NCBI GenBank assembly: GCA_903864265.1
Contig: CAIPFN010000243.1
Location: forward strand, 1 to 60,459
DNA: 60,459 nt
Origin: an uncultured Bacteroidales bacterium
GTDB lineage: Bacteria > Bacteroidota > Bacteroidia > Bacteroidales > UBA4417
Reading direction: 5' to 3'
Below the pieces are notes generated by a model that saw only the letters and a program-made list of their open reading frames with translations, had not been told where the DNA came from and did not search any database. Shown piece by piece: positions 28,637 to 37,917 of the stretch; position 1 is the stretch's first letter; the number at the start of each line of letters is the position of its first letter. The translations under genes and the position numbers were made by a program.

Positions 28637-28696
28637 GATGGATTCCTATGAGGCTCAATCCAAAGATTTGTACCTTTGCTTTCTCAATACCCATCA

Positions 28697-29881
28697 ATGC
28701 TCCCTTTCGACATCAAACCTGAAAAGGCCGTACTTATTGGCCTGATAACCTCTAAACAGTCAGAAGAAAAAGTTCACGATTACCTCGACGAACTCGAATT
28801 CCTGCTCGAAACCGCGGGAGCCATACCCGACAGGCGTTTCGTGCAAAAGCTTCCCAAGCCCGAACCCCGCACCTTCGTCGGCGCCGGGAAACTGCAGGAA
28901 ATAGCTGAATACGTGAAAGCGGCCAATATTGATATAGTGGTTTTCGACGATGAACTCAGCACTTCACAAACCCGGAATATTGAAGCCGAACTGGGCTGCC
29001 GGGTCCTGGACCGGCCCTTGCTTATACTCGACATTTTTGCCAAGCGTGCACGCACCACCACGGCACGTACGCAGGTTGAACTGGCCCAATACCAGTACCT
29101 GTTGCCTCGCCTTACGCATATGTGGACTCACCTCGAGAAACAACGCGGAGGGATTGGGATGCGCGGACCCGGTGAAAAGGAAATTGAAACTGACCGCCGT
29201 ATTATACGCGACAAAATCATCGACCTGAAAGAAAAACTCAAAACTATTGACAAACAGAAAGTCACCCAGCGGAAAAACCGCGACGAAATGATACGGGTTG
29301 CCCTGGTGGGATATACCAATGCCGGCAAGAGTACCATCATGAACCTGATAAGCAAAAGCGATGTGTTTGCCGAAAACAAACTGTTCGCCACGCTCGACAC
29401 CACGGTGCGTAAGGTAGTTATCGAAAACCTTCCTTTCCTGCTTACCGATACGGTTGGGTTTATACGCAAACTGCCCCACAACCTGGTGGAATCCTTCAAA
29501 TCGACCCTCGACGAGGTGAGGGAGGCGGACCTGTTGCTGCATATTGTCGACATTTCGCATGCCTCTTTCGAAGAACAGGTGGATATAGCCACCCAAACCC
29601 TGGCCGAAATAGGTTGCGCCGATAAGCCTTCGATCATGATATTCAACAAGATAGATGCTTATTCGCATGTGGAGAAAGATCCTTTCGACCTGGCACCGGC
29701 TACAAAGGAAAACCTTACGCTCGAGGATCTGAAAAATACCTGGATGGCCAAGGTGAATGCCCCTGCTCTTTTTATTTCGGCCAGGCAGAAAACCAATATG
29801 GATGAATTCCGTAAACTGCTGTACGATGAAGTAAAAAAACTCCACCTGGTACGCTACCCGCGCAGTAATTTCCTGTATTGA
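28697..29881 (+). CDS. hflX: Ribosome-splitting GTPase HflX
   Basis: LILDIFAKRA, RGPGEKEIETDRR, GYTNAGKS, LFATLD, DTVG, NKID; start revised to ATG 28697. Confidence 0.96.
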   Translation: MLPFDIKPEKAVLIGLITSKQSEEKVHDYLDELEFLLETAGAIPDRRFVQKLPKPEPRTFVGAGKLQEIAEYVKAANIDIVVFDDELSTSQTRNIEAELGCRVLDRPLLILDIFAKRARTTTARTQVELAQYQYLLPRLTHMWTHLEKQRGGIGMRGPGEKEIETDRRIIRDKIIDLKEKLKTIDKQKVTQRKNRDEMIRVALVGYTNAGKSTIMNLISKSDVFAENKLFATLDTTVRKVVIENLPFLLTDTVGFIRKLPHNLVESFKSTLDEVREADLLLHIVDISHASFEEQVDIATQTLAEIGCADKPSIMIFNKIDAYSHVEKDPFDLAPATKENLTLEDLKNTWMAKVNAPALFISARQKTNMDEFRKLLYDEVKKLHLVRYPRSNFLY

Positions 29882-29939
29882 TTCACGCCTTGGCAGGCAT
29901 TTTAGCATCTCCCATCCCATAAGTCAAAAATAAGTTTCG

Positions 29940-31577
29940 ATGAAACCATTTTCCATGAACCGGTTCATTCTATTTCTGGCGGCCTTGATGATAAGTACCG
30001 TTTTGAAAGCCCAGGTATTCACCTCGAGTAACCTGCCCATTATTATTATCAGTACCAATAATGTTCCTATCCCGGATGAACCCAAGATTCCGGGTACTAT
30101 GAAAATTATCGACAATGGCCCGGGTGAGATGAACCACATAACCGATCCGGGTAATGTGTACGACGGCCGCATCGGCATCGAAATCCGTGGTAGCTATTCG
30201 GCCTCCCTGCCTCAGAAGCCTTATGCCATCGAAACTCGGGATATCAATCAGATGGACTCGGCGGTTTCATTGTTTGGCTTCCCGGAAGAGAGTGATTGGG
30301 TACTGCTGGCCAATTACAACGACAAGGTATTTATGCGTAATATGCTGGCATTCAAGTTATTTAACGAAACAGGACATTATGCTTCCCGGACCCGTTTTGC
30401 CGAGGTTACCGTAAACGGAGCCTACCAGGGCATTTATGTTTTCGGTGAAAAGATTAAGCGTGATAATGGCCGTGTGGATATTGCCAAGCTGGATCCCGAC
30501 GAGAACTCAGGCGAGCCGCTTACCGGTGGATATATTTTCAAGATCGATTACTGGGACGACTTAAGCAGCTGGAAATCGCCTTACCATCCAATCGGGCATC
30601 AGGATTTTGACGTGCATTACGTGTATTATTATCCTAAACCCGAAGAAATCAGTGATGCACAGCATGAATATATAAAAGACTATGTAACCGCTTATGAATC
30701 AGCCTTATACAATCCATTCATACACGATTCTTCGGCCGGGTATTACTCCTACATGAATGTGGCTTCATTTATTGATTACTTTATAGTGAACGAGGTAGCC
30801 CGGAATAACGACGGGTTTAAGAAGAGCTTTTACTTCTATAAAAACCGCAATGGCATCGACAGGCGGATCAACTGCGGGCCTGTATGGGATTTCGACTGGG
30901 CCTGGAAAAACATTGATGAGTGTTCCATTTTCGCCAATACCGACGGCAGCGGCTGGGCCTACAAGGTAAATGATTGTTACCCCGATGTAAACTCCCCGGG
31001 CTGGCATATACGCTTGCTCCAGGATACGGAATTTAAAAATGAACTGCGATGCAGGTGGGAGTTGTTTCGCAAAGATGTGCTGAATACTGACAGCCTCAAA
31101 AACTGGGTGGATGCCAACGCCTCTTACCTCTGGCAGGCGCAGCAAAGGCATTATACACGCTGGCCTATACTGGGTCTGAATGTGGGAACTCCTGTTATTC
31201 CGCCCATCCCGACTACTTTCCAAGGTGAAATTAATGCGTTTAAAAACTGGATTCAGCTCAGGATTAACTGGCTCGATGCCAATATCCCGGGGAATTGCTT
31301 CAATGTGATGCAAAATGAGCAATTGCAGCCGAAAGCCGGCATTCTGGCGTTTCCTAACCCGGCTTCGGAACACCTGTTTATCGAATTGCCTTCACAAAAT
31401 AACAAAGCCGTTTTACAATTATTTACCATGAGCGGGAAGCTGTTAAATATACCGTTTACTTTCGATGGAAACCTGTTTACGGTGGATGTTCATCAACTGC
31501 CGGCAGGCGTGTATTATGCCCGCATCACCGGCAGCAGCAATGAAATCAGTAATATCAAACTCATGATCGCGAGGTAA
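29940..31577 (+). CDS. CotH kinase-family protein with T9SS C-terminal sorting domain
   Basis: IEIRGSYS, DWVLLANYNDK..MRN, YQGIY, GPVWDFD; C-terminal FPNPAS...LPAGVYY. Confidence 0.88.
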   Translation: MKPFSMNRFILFLAALMISTVLKAQVFTSSNLPIIIISTNNVPIPDEPKIPGTMKIIDNGPGEMNHITDPGNVYDGRIGIEIRGSYSASLPQKPYAIETRDINQMDSAVSLFGFPEESDWVLLANYNDKVFMRNMLAFKLFNETGHYASRTRFAEVTVNGAYQGIYVFGEKIKRDNGRVDIAKLDPDENSGEPLTGGYIFKIDYWDDLSSWKSPYHPIGHQDFDVHYVYYYPKPEEISDAQHEYIKDYVTAYESALYNPFIHDSSAGYYSYMNVASFIDYFIVNEVARNNDGFKKSFYFYKNRNGIDRRINCGPVWDFDWAWKNIDECSIFANTDGSGWAYKVNDCYPDVNSPGWHIRLLQDTEFKNELRCRWELFRKDVLNTDSLKNWVDANASYLWQAQQRHYTRWPILGLNVGTPVIPPIPTTFQGEINAFKNWIQLRINWLDANIPGNCFNVMQNEQLQPKAGILAFPNPASEHLFIELPSQNNKAVLQLFTMSGKLLNIPFTFDGNLFTVDVHQLPAGVYYARITGSSNEISNIKLMIAR

Positions 31578-31636
31578 TATTTTTAATGTTTAGCCGTTAT
31601 TGAACCGGTATTTATTTACTTACTAAAGTTAAGCCT

Positions 31637-32683
31637 TTGGATCCGAACTTCAGATTTCTTATCATCCGTTTCAGTTCCATAGGCGATGTCATACTTACAA
31701 CGCCCCTGGTGAGGTGTTTGCGTGCAAAATTTCCTGCCTGCCGTATTGACTTCCTGGTGAAAAAGGAATTCGCTGTCGTACTTTCTCAAAACCCTTATCT
31801 CAGCAATATTATCACATTCGATAAAAAGGCAGGAAAAAAAGAATTGGGACGGATCCGGAACCTTGTTAAAGCAAACAAGTACACCCATATTCTCGACATA
31901 CAGCGGAATATACGGAGTGTACTGGTTTCGACGGGTTCGGGTGCCATAGTAACAGGGTTTTCGAAAAAACTGCTTGCCCGTGACCTTCTGATCCGCTTTG
32001 GCATAAACAAGTACAAAGAGATCAAACCTGTATACCTGAGATATTTTGAAGCTGCGGCAGGCCTTCAGGTGGAGTATGACGGAAAGGGCACGGACGTATT
32101 CCCGGCTGAACCGGAAGAAGTAAAAACCGCCGAAATCTTTGAACAGAACCATTTTGCTGCCGTAACGCCGCTTTTAGTTGTTGCTCCGGGAGCTCAGTGG
32201 GAAAACAAACGCTGGACCACCCAGGGATTCGCCACCGCTGCCGATACTTTTTGTACCGAAAAGGGAGCTACAACTATTTTAATCGGGGGGCCAGGAGATA
32301 TGGAAATCTGCAGCCAGGTTCAAAGTCTCATGAAAACGCCGGCTCTCAACCTGGCCGGGAAACTGAGTCTCCTGGGATCGGCCTCCGTGCTTGGCAGGGC
32401 AGCCATGGTTTTTACCAACGATACCGGCATGCTGCATATGGCCCAGGCTATGAAAGCCCCTTTGGTAGCCATATATGGCCCTACAACCCGTGAACTGGGC
32501 TTTTTCCCTTTGCCCTTGAACAGCCGGGTAGCCGAAACCGGCATTTCGTGCAGGCCATGCACGCAAAAGGGGCTGCATTCCTGCCCCAAACGCCACTTCC
32601 GTTGCATGAACGATATCAAGCCCGAAATGGTATCAGACCTTGCGGCAGAATTATATCAAACTCAAAACAATAAACAAATTTAA
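31637..32683 (+). CDS. Glycosyltransferase family 9 (WaaF/RfaF-like LPS heptosyltransferase)
   Basis: IIRFSSIGDVILTTP, APGAQWENKRW, NDTGMLHMA, IYGPT. Confidence 0.88.
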   Translation: MDPNFRFLIIRFSSIGDVILTTPLVRCLRAKFPACRIDFLVKKEFAVVLSQNPYLSNIITFDKKAGKKELGRIRNLVKANKYTHILDIQRNIRSVLVSTGSGAIVTGFSKKLLARDLLIRFGINKYKEIKPVYLRYFEAAAGLQVEYDGKGTDVFPAEPEEVKTAEIFEQNHFAAVTPLLVVAPGAQWENKRWTTQGFATAADTFCTEKGATTILIGGPGDMEICSQVQSLMKTPALNLAGKLSLLGSASVLGRAAMVFTNDTGMLHMAQAMKAPLVAIYGPTTRELGFFPLPLNSRVAETGISCRPCTQKGLHSCPKRHFRCMNDIKPEMVSDLAAELYQTQNNKQI

Positions 32684-32702
32684 TTTCAAACCCGGATATC
32701 GT

Positions 32703-33368
32703 ATGAAAAAGCTCATGAACCTCTCAGCAGTCCTTCTTTTATTCGCAGTGGCCCTTTTTCAGGGCGGATGCATTAAGGATGGTAATAACGCGGAGTATCC
32801 GGCTGTAACAGCCGCTAACGATACCATTTACGGTATATTGAAATTCAAACAATCCACAGGCGGAGCTTCCGAAGTTGTGGCATGGCCGTTTGGGGTGGCT
32901 ACTTTTAATGCCATTGTCAATACCAGTGAAATTCTGGCCACTGCTACGGTGAATGCCGACGGATCCTTCATGCTGGTTTTGCCGGGCACGGTTGCGGGTG
33001 GCTATTTCAGCAGCCTGGCCAATGTGGCAACCGAACTGGGCGGTTCCCTGAAAGCTACCCCCTCGACCATACGGTTCATCCGTGTCCTTCATTTTGAGGT
33101 TCAATACCACGACAACAGCGTGCCTAAAAGTTTTACACCTGCCCTGAACACACTCAATACCGATTTGTCAGTGAATAAAACCTATTATTTCAATTTTTAC
33201 GATCTCGATGGTTCTTTTGCCGGCACCAGCTCAGCGGGGAATATATTCAACTGGACCTTTACCAAAGGGTGGGGAATGGTCGAATCTTCCGCCATCGGCG
33301 GCTCTTCCTCCGCATTTAATTCTAAATCGGTGTCCTCAGCCCAGGAAGGTGCAATCTGGCTGAATTGA
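32703..33368 (+). CDS. Hypothetical lipoprotein
   Basis: Start revised to MKKLM (32703); lipobox-like QGGC. Confidence 0.65.
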   Translation: MKKLMNLSAVLLLFAVALFQGGCIKDGNNAEYPAVTAANDTIYGILKFKQSTGGASEVVAWPFGVATFNAIVNTSEILATATVNADGSFMLVLPGTVAGGYFSSLANVATELGGSLKATPSTIRFIRVLHFEVQYHDNSVPKSFTPALNTLNTDLSVNKTYYFNFYDLDGSFAGTSSAGNIFNWTFTKGWGMVESSAIGGSSSAFNSKSVSSAQEGAIWLN

Positions 33369-33424
33369 TTTGTTTAAATGGTATAGATATATTGATATAT
33401 TTGCCGGACTAAATCCGGTAAGTC

Positions 33425-34534
33425 ATGAATGAAGCTCAGATCAGAAAAATTGAACAGATCAGAAGTCTGATCGGGAATACTCCCTTGCTGGAAATCAGGT
33501 TCAGATACAAAGGCGAAGAACGTAAAATTTACGCCAAGTCCGAAAACCTGAATATGACAGGGAGTATCAAGGATCGCATGGCTTATACGATATTACGCAA
33601 ATCATACGAAAGCGGCGATTTGAACAGCGGGGCAACCATTATCGAAGCTACCAGCGGGAATACGGGTATTGCCTTTTGTGCCCTTGGAAAAGCCATGGGT
33701 CACCAGGTGGTGATCTTTATGCCCAACTGGCTGAGTGGCGAGCGCATTAACCTGATACAGAGCCTGGGCGCCAAAATTAACCTGGTCACCAAGGAAGAAG
33801 GAGGTTTTCTGGGAAGTATACAGATGGCTGAAAAACTGGCCCGTGAAACCCCGAATTCATTCCTGCCCAGGCAGTTCTCCAACGAGAACAATATCCTGGC
33901 CCATTTCGAAACCACCGGTCCCGAAATCTGGAACCAGCTGCAGTTCCGCGGTATCATGCCCGATGCTTTTGTGGCCGGCGTTGGAACCGGGGGAACCATC
34001 ATGGGCACCGGCAAATTCCTGAAAACAAAGAATCCCGGCATACGGCTTCATCCTCTCGAACCGGCAAACTCGCCCACACTCACTACCGGCTATAAAGTTG
34101 GAAAGCACCGCATACAAGGCATTTCCGATGAATTTATACCCGAAATTGTAAAACTGAAAGAACTGGATGAAATTGTGCAGGTGGATGACGGGGATGCGAT
34201 TATTATGTCGCAGATGCTGTCGACCCAACTGGGGCTTGCAGTAGGCATTTCATCGGGTGCCAATTTTATAGGAGCGCTGATTGCGCAGAATATGATCGGA
34301 AGCACTGCCAACGTGGTGACCATTTTTTCCGACTCCAACAAAAAATACCTGAGTACCGACCTGATGCGCGAAGAGCAGGCGAAAGACCATTTTTATTCGA
34401 AACATATAGAGCTGGATAGCTTCCGGGCGTTCAAAAGGGTGTGCAGCACCTGTTGCGACCCGGTAGAATGTGCCGATAGCTATATGCCGGGGATTTGCGA
34501 TATGAAAAGTTTGCCGGGCTGTATACGAAGATAA
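33425..34534 (+). CDS. PLP-dependent cysteine synthase-family protein with Cys-rich C-terminal tail
   Basis: [41 protein letters not shown]; -7 box TATATTTG at 33396-33403. Confidence 0.88.
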   Translation: MNEAQIRKIEQIRSLIGNTPLLEIRFRYKGEERKIYAKSENLNMTGSIKDRMAYTILRKSYESGDLNSGATIIEATSGNTGIAFCALGKAMGHQVVIFMPNWLSGERINLIQSLGAKINLVTKEEGGFLGSIQMAEKLARETPNSFLPRQFSNENNILAHFETTGPEIWNQLQFRGIMPDAFVAGVGTGGTIMGTGKFLKTKNPGIRLHPLEPANSPTLTTGYKVGKHRIQGISDEFIPEIVKLKELDEIVQVDDGDAIIMSQMLSTQLGLAVGISSGANFIGALIAQNMIGSTANVVTIFSDSNKKYLSTDLMREEQAKDHFYSKHIELDSFRAFKRVCSTCCDPVECADSYMPGICDMKSLPGCIRR

Positions 34535-34731
34535 AAGTGTTGAGTTCTCCGTGAAAGCCATGGAGCATGTACAAAACAACGCGAGCCCGGCTTTACGTAC
34601 CGGGGCTTTAACCCTGCCGGGGCATTTAGGTCCTGCCTGGGTTAGAGGGTACAAGGTTCATAAAACGGATTCAGCCTTCCCGAAAACGATTAGTACGGTC
34701 TTTCCCATCCCTCACCCTTTCATCCTTACCC

Positions 34732-34784
34732 CCTTTAACTTTAACCTTTAACCTTTAACCTTTAACCTTTAACCTTTAACCTTT
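34732..34784. repeat. Heptamer tandem repeat (CCTTTAA)n, about 7 units with one 6-mer variant
   Basis: Read directly; same unit as 188-234. Confidence 0.95.
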
Positions 34785-34879
34785 TTCCAGGTCAGGTCTG
34801 ATAAAAACATTTTCTCTCCCTCTTACTAATAACAACCGTATTTTTGCGTTACTGAATGTAAAAACCACATTACCGTATC

Positions 34880-37447
34880 ATGCGATTAAAAACCTTAAAG
34901 GCTATAGCAATATGGACAGTAAGCATTGCAGCGGGTATTATTTTACTGCTTTTGCTGGCCCAGCGTTTTCTCGGGCCGGAAGTGAAGAGGCTCTTTCTCG
35001 CCGAAATTAACAAATCCCTCACCGCCCAGGTGCAGATTGACGATGTACAACTCAGCCTGATCCGTGATTTCCCTTTAGCTTCTGTTACTTTCAGCGGGGT
35101 GCGCATGAAGGAAGCCACCCGCTTGCCTTCGAAATATTACCTGTTTATAGCCGGAAATATTTCCCTGAGATTCAATATCTGGGATTTGCTGAAAAAAAAC
35201 TACCGCATAAAAAGCATCAGACTGGCCGATGTGGAGATAGGTCCTCACGTGTTAGCCGATGGCAGTGATAATTTCCATTTCTGGAAACAAAAAACCGGTG
35301 CAGAGAGCAAGAATTTTAATTTTGAATTGCAGCGCATCGTCATTCATAACCTGCATCTGCGTTATGTGAATGATACATCTCGCACTTTTGTGGATGCCCG
35401 TTTACCGGGATTTGTTGCCCGGGGGAATTTTGGCAGCAGCCAATATGCACTCGATCTGGCCGGGAATATCCTTATCCTCGACTTTAAATCAAAAGGTATA
35501 TCCTACATATCGGAACGCGATCTCAATTTATGGTTGTCGCTGAATGTCGACAATGCTACCGGTGTTTATACCATCGCTAAAGGAACCATTGAAACCGGGA
35601 AACTGAAGCTCACCGCTGCGGGAAGTTTCAGATACACGGAAAAACTAAAGCAGGCAGACCTGGATGTGGCTGCCTCCGGGTCAACACTCGAGGAGATGCT
35701 ATCGCTGGTGCCGGCAGCTTATATCAAAAATCTGGATGGGTATACCTTCCAGGGCAAAGGGGATATTACTGCTAAAATTTCGGGTACGCTGGGCGGGAGC
35801 CATATCCCTGCAGTTTCGGTCCGCCTCGGATTACAAAACGGTACTATAACTGAACGGACGTCGGGTTTAAGCCTGCGAAATGTTTCGGCCCTGGCCGTTT
35901 ACGAAGTGAAACAGGATGGGAAGAACGAAACGCTATCCATCAGCAACCTCAGGGCAAAGCTGGGCGACGGCTTTATCAGCGGTTCGCTCGTGATGCGGGG
36001 ATTTGCTTCACCGGGGATACAATGTAACCTCAATGCCAGCCTGAACCTGCACCAGTTGCAGCAATTCCTGAAATACGATTACTTTACTTCCATGAGCGGA
36101 TGGCTGAAGCTAAATGCCGCATTTGATGGCCATATAGCTAATCTGCAACATCCGGTCTCGACTGATTTCCTGAACAGTACTTTTACAGGGAACGGCAGTA
36201 TTGATAAAGCTGACCTGAGCCTGAAAAATTATAAACTGCCTTTGAAAAACATACGGTCGGCATTTGCATTTAACGGGAATGACCTGGATCTGCAGCAGCT
36301 TTCATTCCAGGCCGGGCACAGTGATTTTAGCCTGGATGGTTCCCTGGGTAACCTGCTGTCGTGGATTTTTGTTAAAATCGAAACCTTATCAATTACCGGC
36401 AATCTGCTGTCGAAACGTTTCGACTGGGACGAGCTTTCAGGCGCACAGCAGGGTTCAGGTGGCGAATACCAGTTCCGTTTGCCGGGCGACATCAGCATTA
36501 ACAACCTGCAAATCCGAAGCAACAATTTCACATTCGGGAAATTCAGCGCTGCCGGCCTGACGGGCCTGGGACAATTGCAGGATAAAGTATTATCCGTTGC
36601 CGGCATCTCCATGCTCACCTGCCAGGGAAAAGTAACCGGACAGGTGAATATTAATGCCAGGGCCGAAAAATACGCCCTCATACAGGCTAAAGCACGGCTG
36701 GAGAAAGTGAATGTAAAGATGATGTTTGCCCAGTTCGGGAACTTCGGCCAGGACGATCTGAAAGACCAAAATCTCGAGGGACAGGTTAGCTCGGATGTGA
36801 TTTTTGCCGGCAGCATGAAAAATAACCTGGATATCGACCTGAATTCCATCAAGGTACATGCAGATCTGTTGATCGAAAATGGAAGGCTCGTGAATTTCAG
36901 CCCTATGCAAAGCCTGTCATCCTTCCTGAAAGTGGAAGACCTGGCCGATATACGGTTTGCCACCCTGCATAACCAGGTGGATATTGCAAACCAGATTATT
37001 TACATCCCGGCCATGGAAATAAAATCGAACGCCCTCGATCTGCAACTCATGGGAACCCATACCTTTAACAACGAACTCGACTATCATTTTTCAATTGCGT
37101 TGGCTGATCTGGTGGCTGCAAAATTTAAAAAACACATCCAGCCTTCCGATAAGCAGGCCGAGTTCGGACCGGTGGAAGATGACGGCCGTGGCCGGACCAA
37201 AATTTATATTTCACTCACTGGAACCATGGCTAAACCCATTGTGAAATACGATAAAAAAGCCATGCGCGACAAAATCACAGGTGATCTGAAAGCGCAGAAA
37301 ACAGAGCTTAAACAGGTATTCAAACAGGAATTCAAATGGATGCAGGGCGACACCATCAAAAAAACACAGCTGCTGAAAGAAAAGGACATACAGAAAAAGC
37401 AGGAGCAGGGGAAGTTCGTGATTGAGTGGGATGATGATAAGAAGTGA
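34880..37447 (+). CDS. AsmA-like family protein
   Basis: N-terminal TM anchor, beta-rich body, C-terminal DLQLMGTHTFNNELDYHF; -7 box TATTTTTG at 34839-34846. Confidence 0.8.
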   Translation: MRLKTLKAIAIWTVSIAAGIILLLLLAQRFLGPEVKRLFLAEINKSLTAQVQIDDVQLSLIRDFPLASVTFSGVRMKEATRLPSKYYLFIAGNISLRFNIWDLLKKNYRIKSIRLADVEIGPHVLADGSDNFHFWKQKTGAESKNFNFELQRIVIHNLHLRYVNDTSRTFVDARLPGFVARGNFGSSQYALDLAGNILILDFKSKGISYISERDLNLWLSLNVDNATGVYTIAKGTIETGKLKLTAAGSFRYTEKLKQADLDVAASGSTLEEMLSLVPAAYIKNLDGYTFQGKGDITAKISGTLGGSHIPAVSVRLGLQNGTITERTSGLSLRNVSALAVYEVKQDGKNETLSISNLRAKLGDGFISGSLVMRGFASPGIQCNLNASLNLHQLQQFLKYDYFTSMSGWLKLNAAFDGHIANLQHPVSTDFLNSTFTGNGSIDKADLSLKNYKLPLKNIRSAFAFNGNDLDLQQLSFQAGHSDFSLDGSLGNLLSWIFVKIETLSITGNLLSKRFDWDELSGAQQGSGGEYQFRLPGDISINNLQIRSNNFTFGKFSAAGLTGLGQLQDKVLSVAGISMLTCQGKVTGQVNINARAEKYALIQAKARLEKVNVKMMFAQFGNFGQDDLKDQNLEGQVSSDVIFAGSMKNNLDIDLNSIKVHADLLIENGRLVNFSPMQSLSSFLKVEDLADIRFATLHNQVDIANQIIYIPAMEIKSNALDLQLMGTHTFNNELDYHFSIALADLVAAKFKKHIQPSDKQAEFGPVEDDGRGRTKIYISLTGTMAKPIVKYDKKAMRDKITGDLKAQKTELKQVFKQEFKWMQGDTIKKTQLLKEKDIQKKQEQGKFVIEWDDDKK

Positions 37448-37455
37448 GGGGTGCA

Positions 37456-37690
37456 GGGATTGAGGGGATTGATGAGATTGATGAGATTGATGAGATTGAT
37501 GGATGGACAAGGAGACATGGGGACAAGGAGACAAGGAGAGGATTTATGGGATTGATGGGATTGATGAGATTGATGGATGGACGAGAAGACAAGGAGACGA
37601 GAAGACAAGAAGACAGCGAGACATGGAGACATGGAGACAAGGAGAGGGGAGACAAGGCGAGGGGAGACAAGACGAGGATTGATGAGGCAG
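37456..37690. repeat. Purine-rich composite tandem repeat of alternating (GATTGATGA)n and (GGAGACAA/GGAGACAT)n blocks
   Basis: Read directly; two complete 9-mer/8-mer block cycles plus a partial third. Confidence 0.9.
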
Positions 37691-37917
37691 GGACAAAGTC
37701 AAACAGAAGAGTGGAAATGAGAAGGAGAGCTACAGGTAATCAGGGAAGGTAGAGACAGGGATAAGGGCATTGTTCTGAAAACATGCTGTTGGCGGCTCAT
37801 GCAAGTATTGTTGTATATTTATTGCCCTGAAATCAGGAAGGACAGTACCATTAGTAGAAAAGTGAACCGGAGTTTGAAGGAGGGAATAGTCATCACAATA
37901 TATAGAAATGATTTTAA

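Noticed and set aside
37204-37752. ORFs such as 37444..37752 (IDEIDEIDE), 37204..37632 and 37356..37670
   Set aside because: They are translations of the 9-mer/8-mer DNA repeats, open in several frames on both strands
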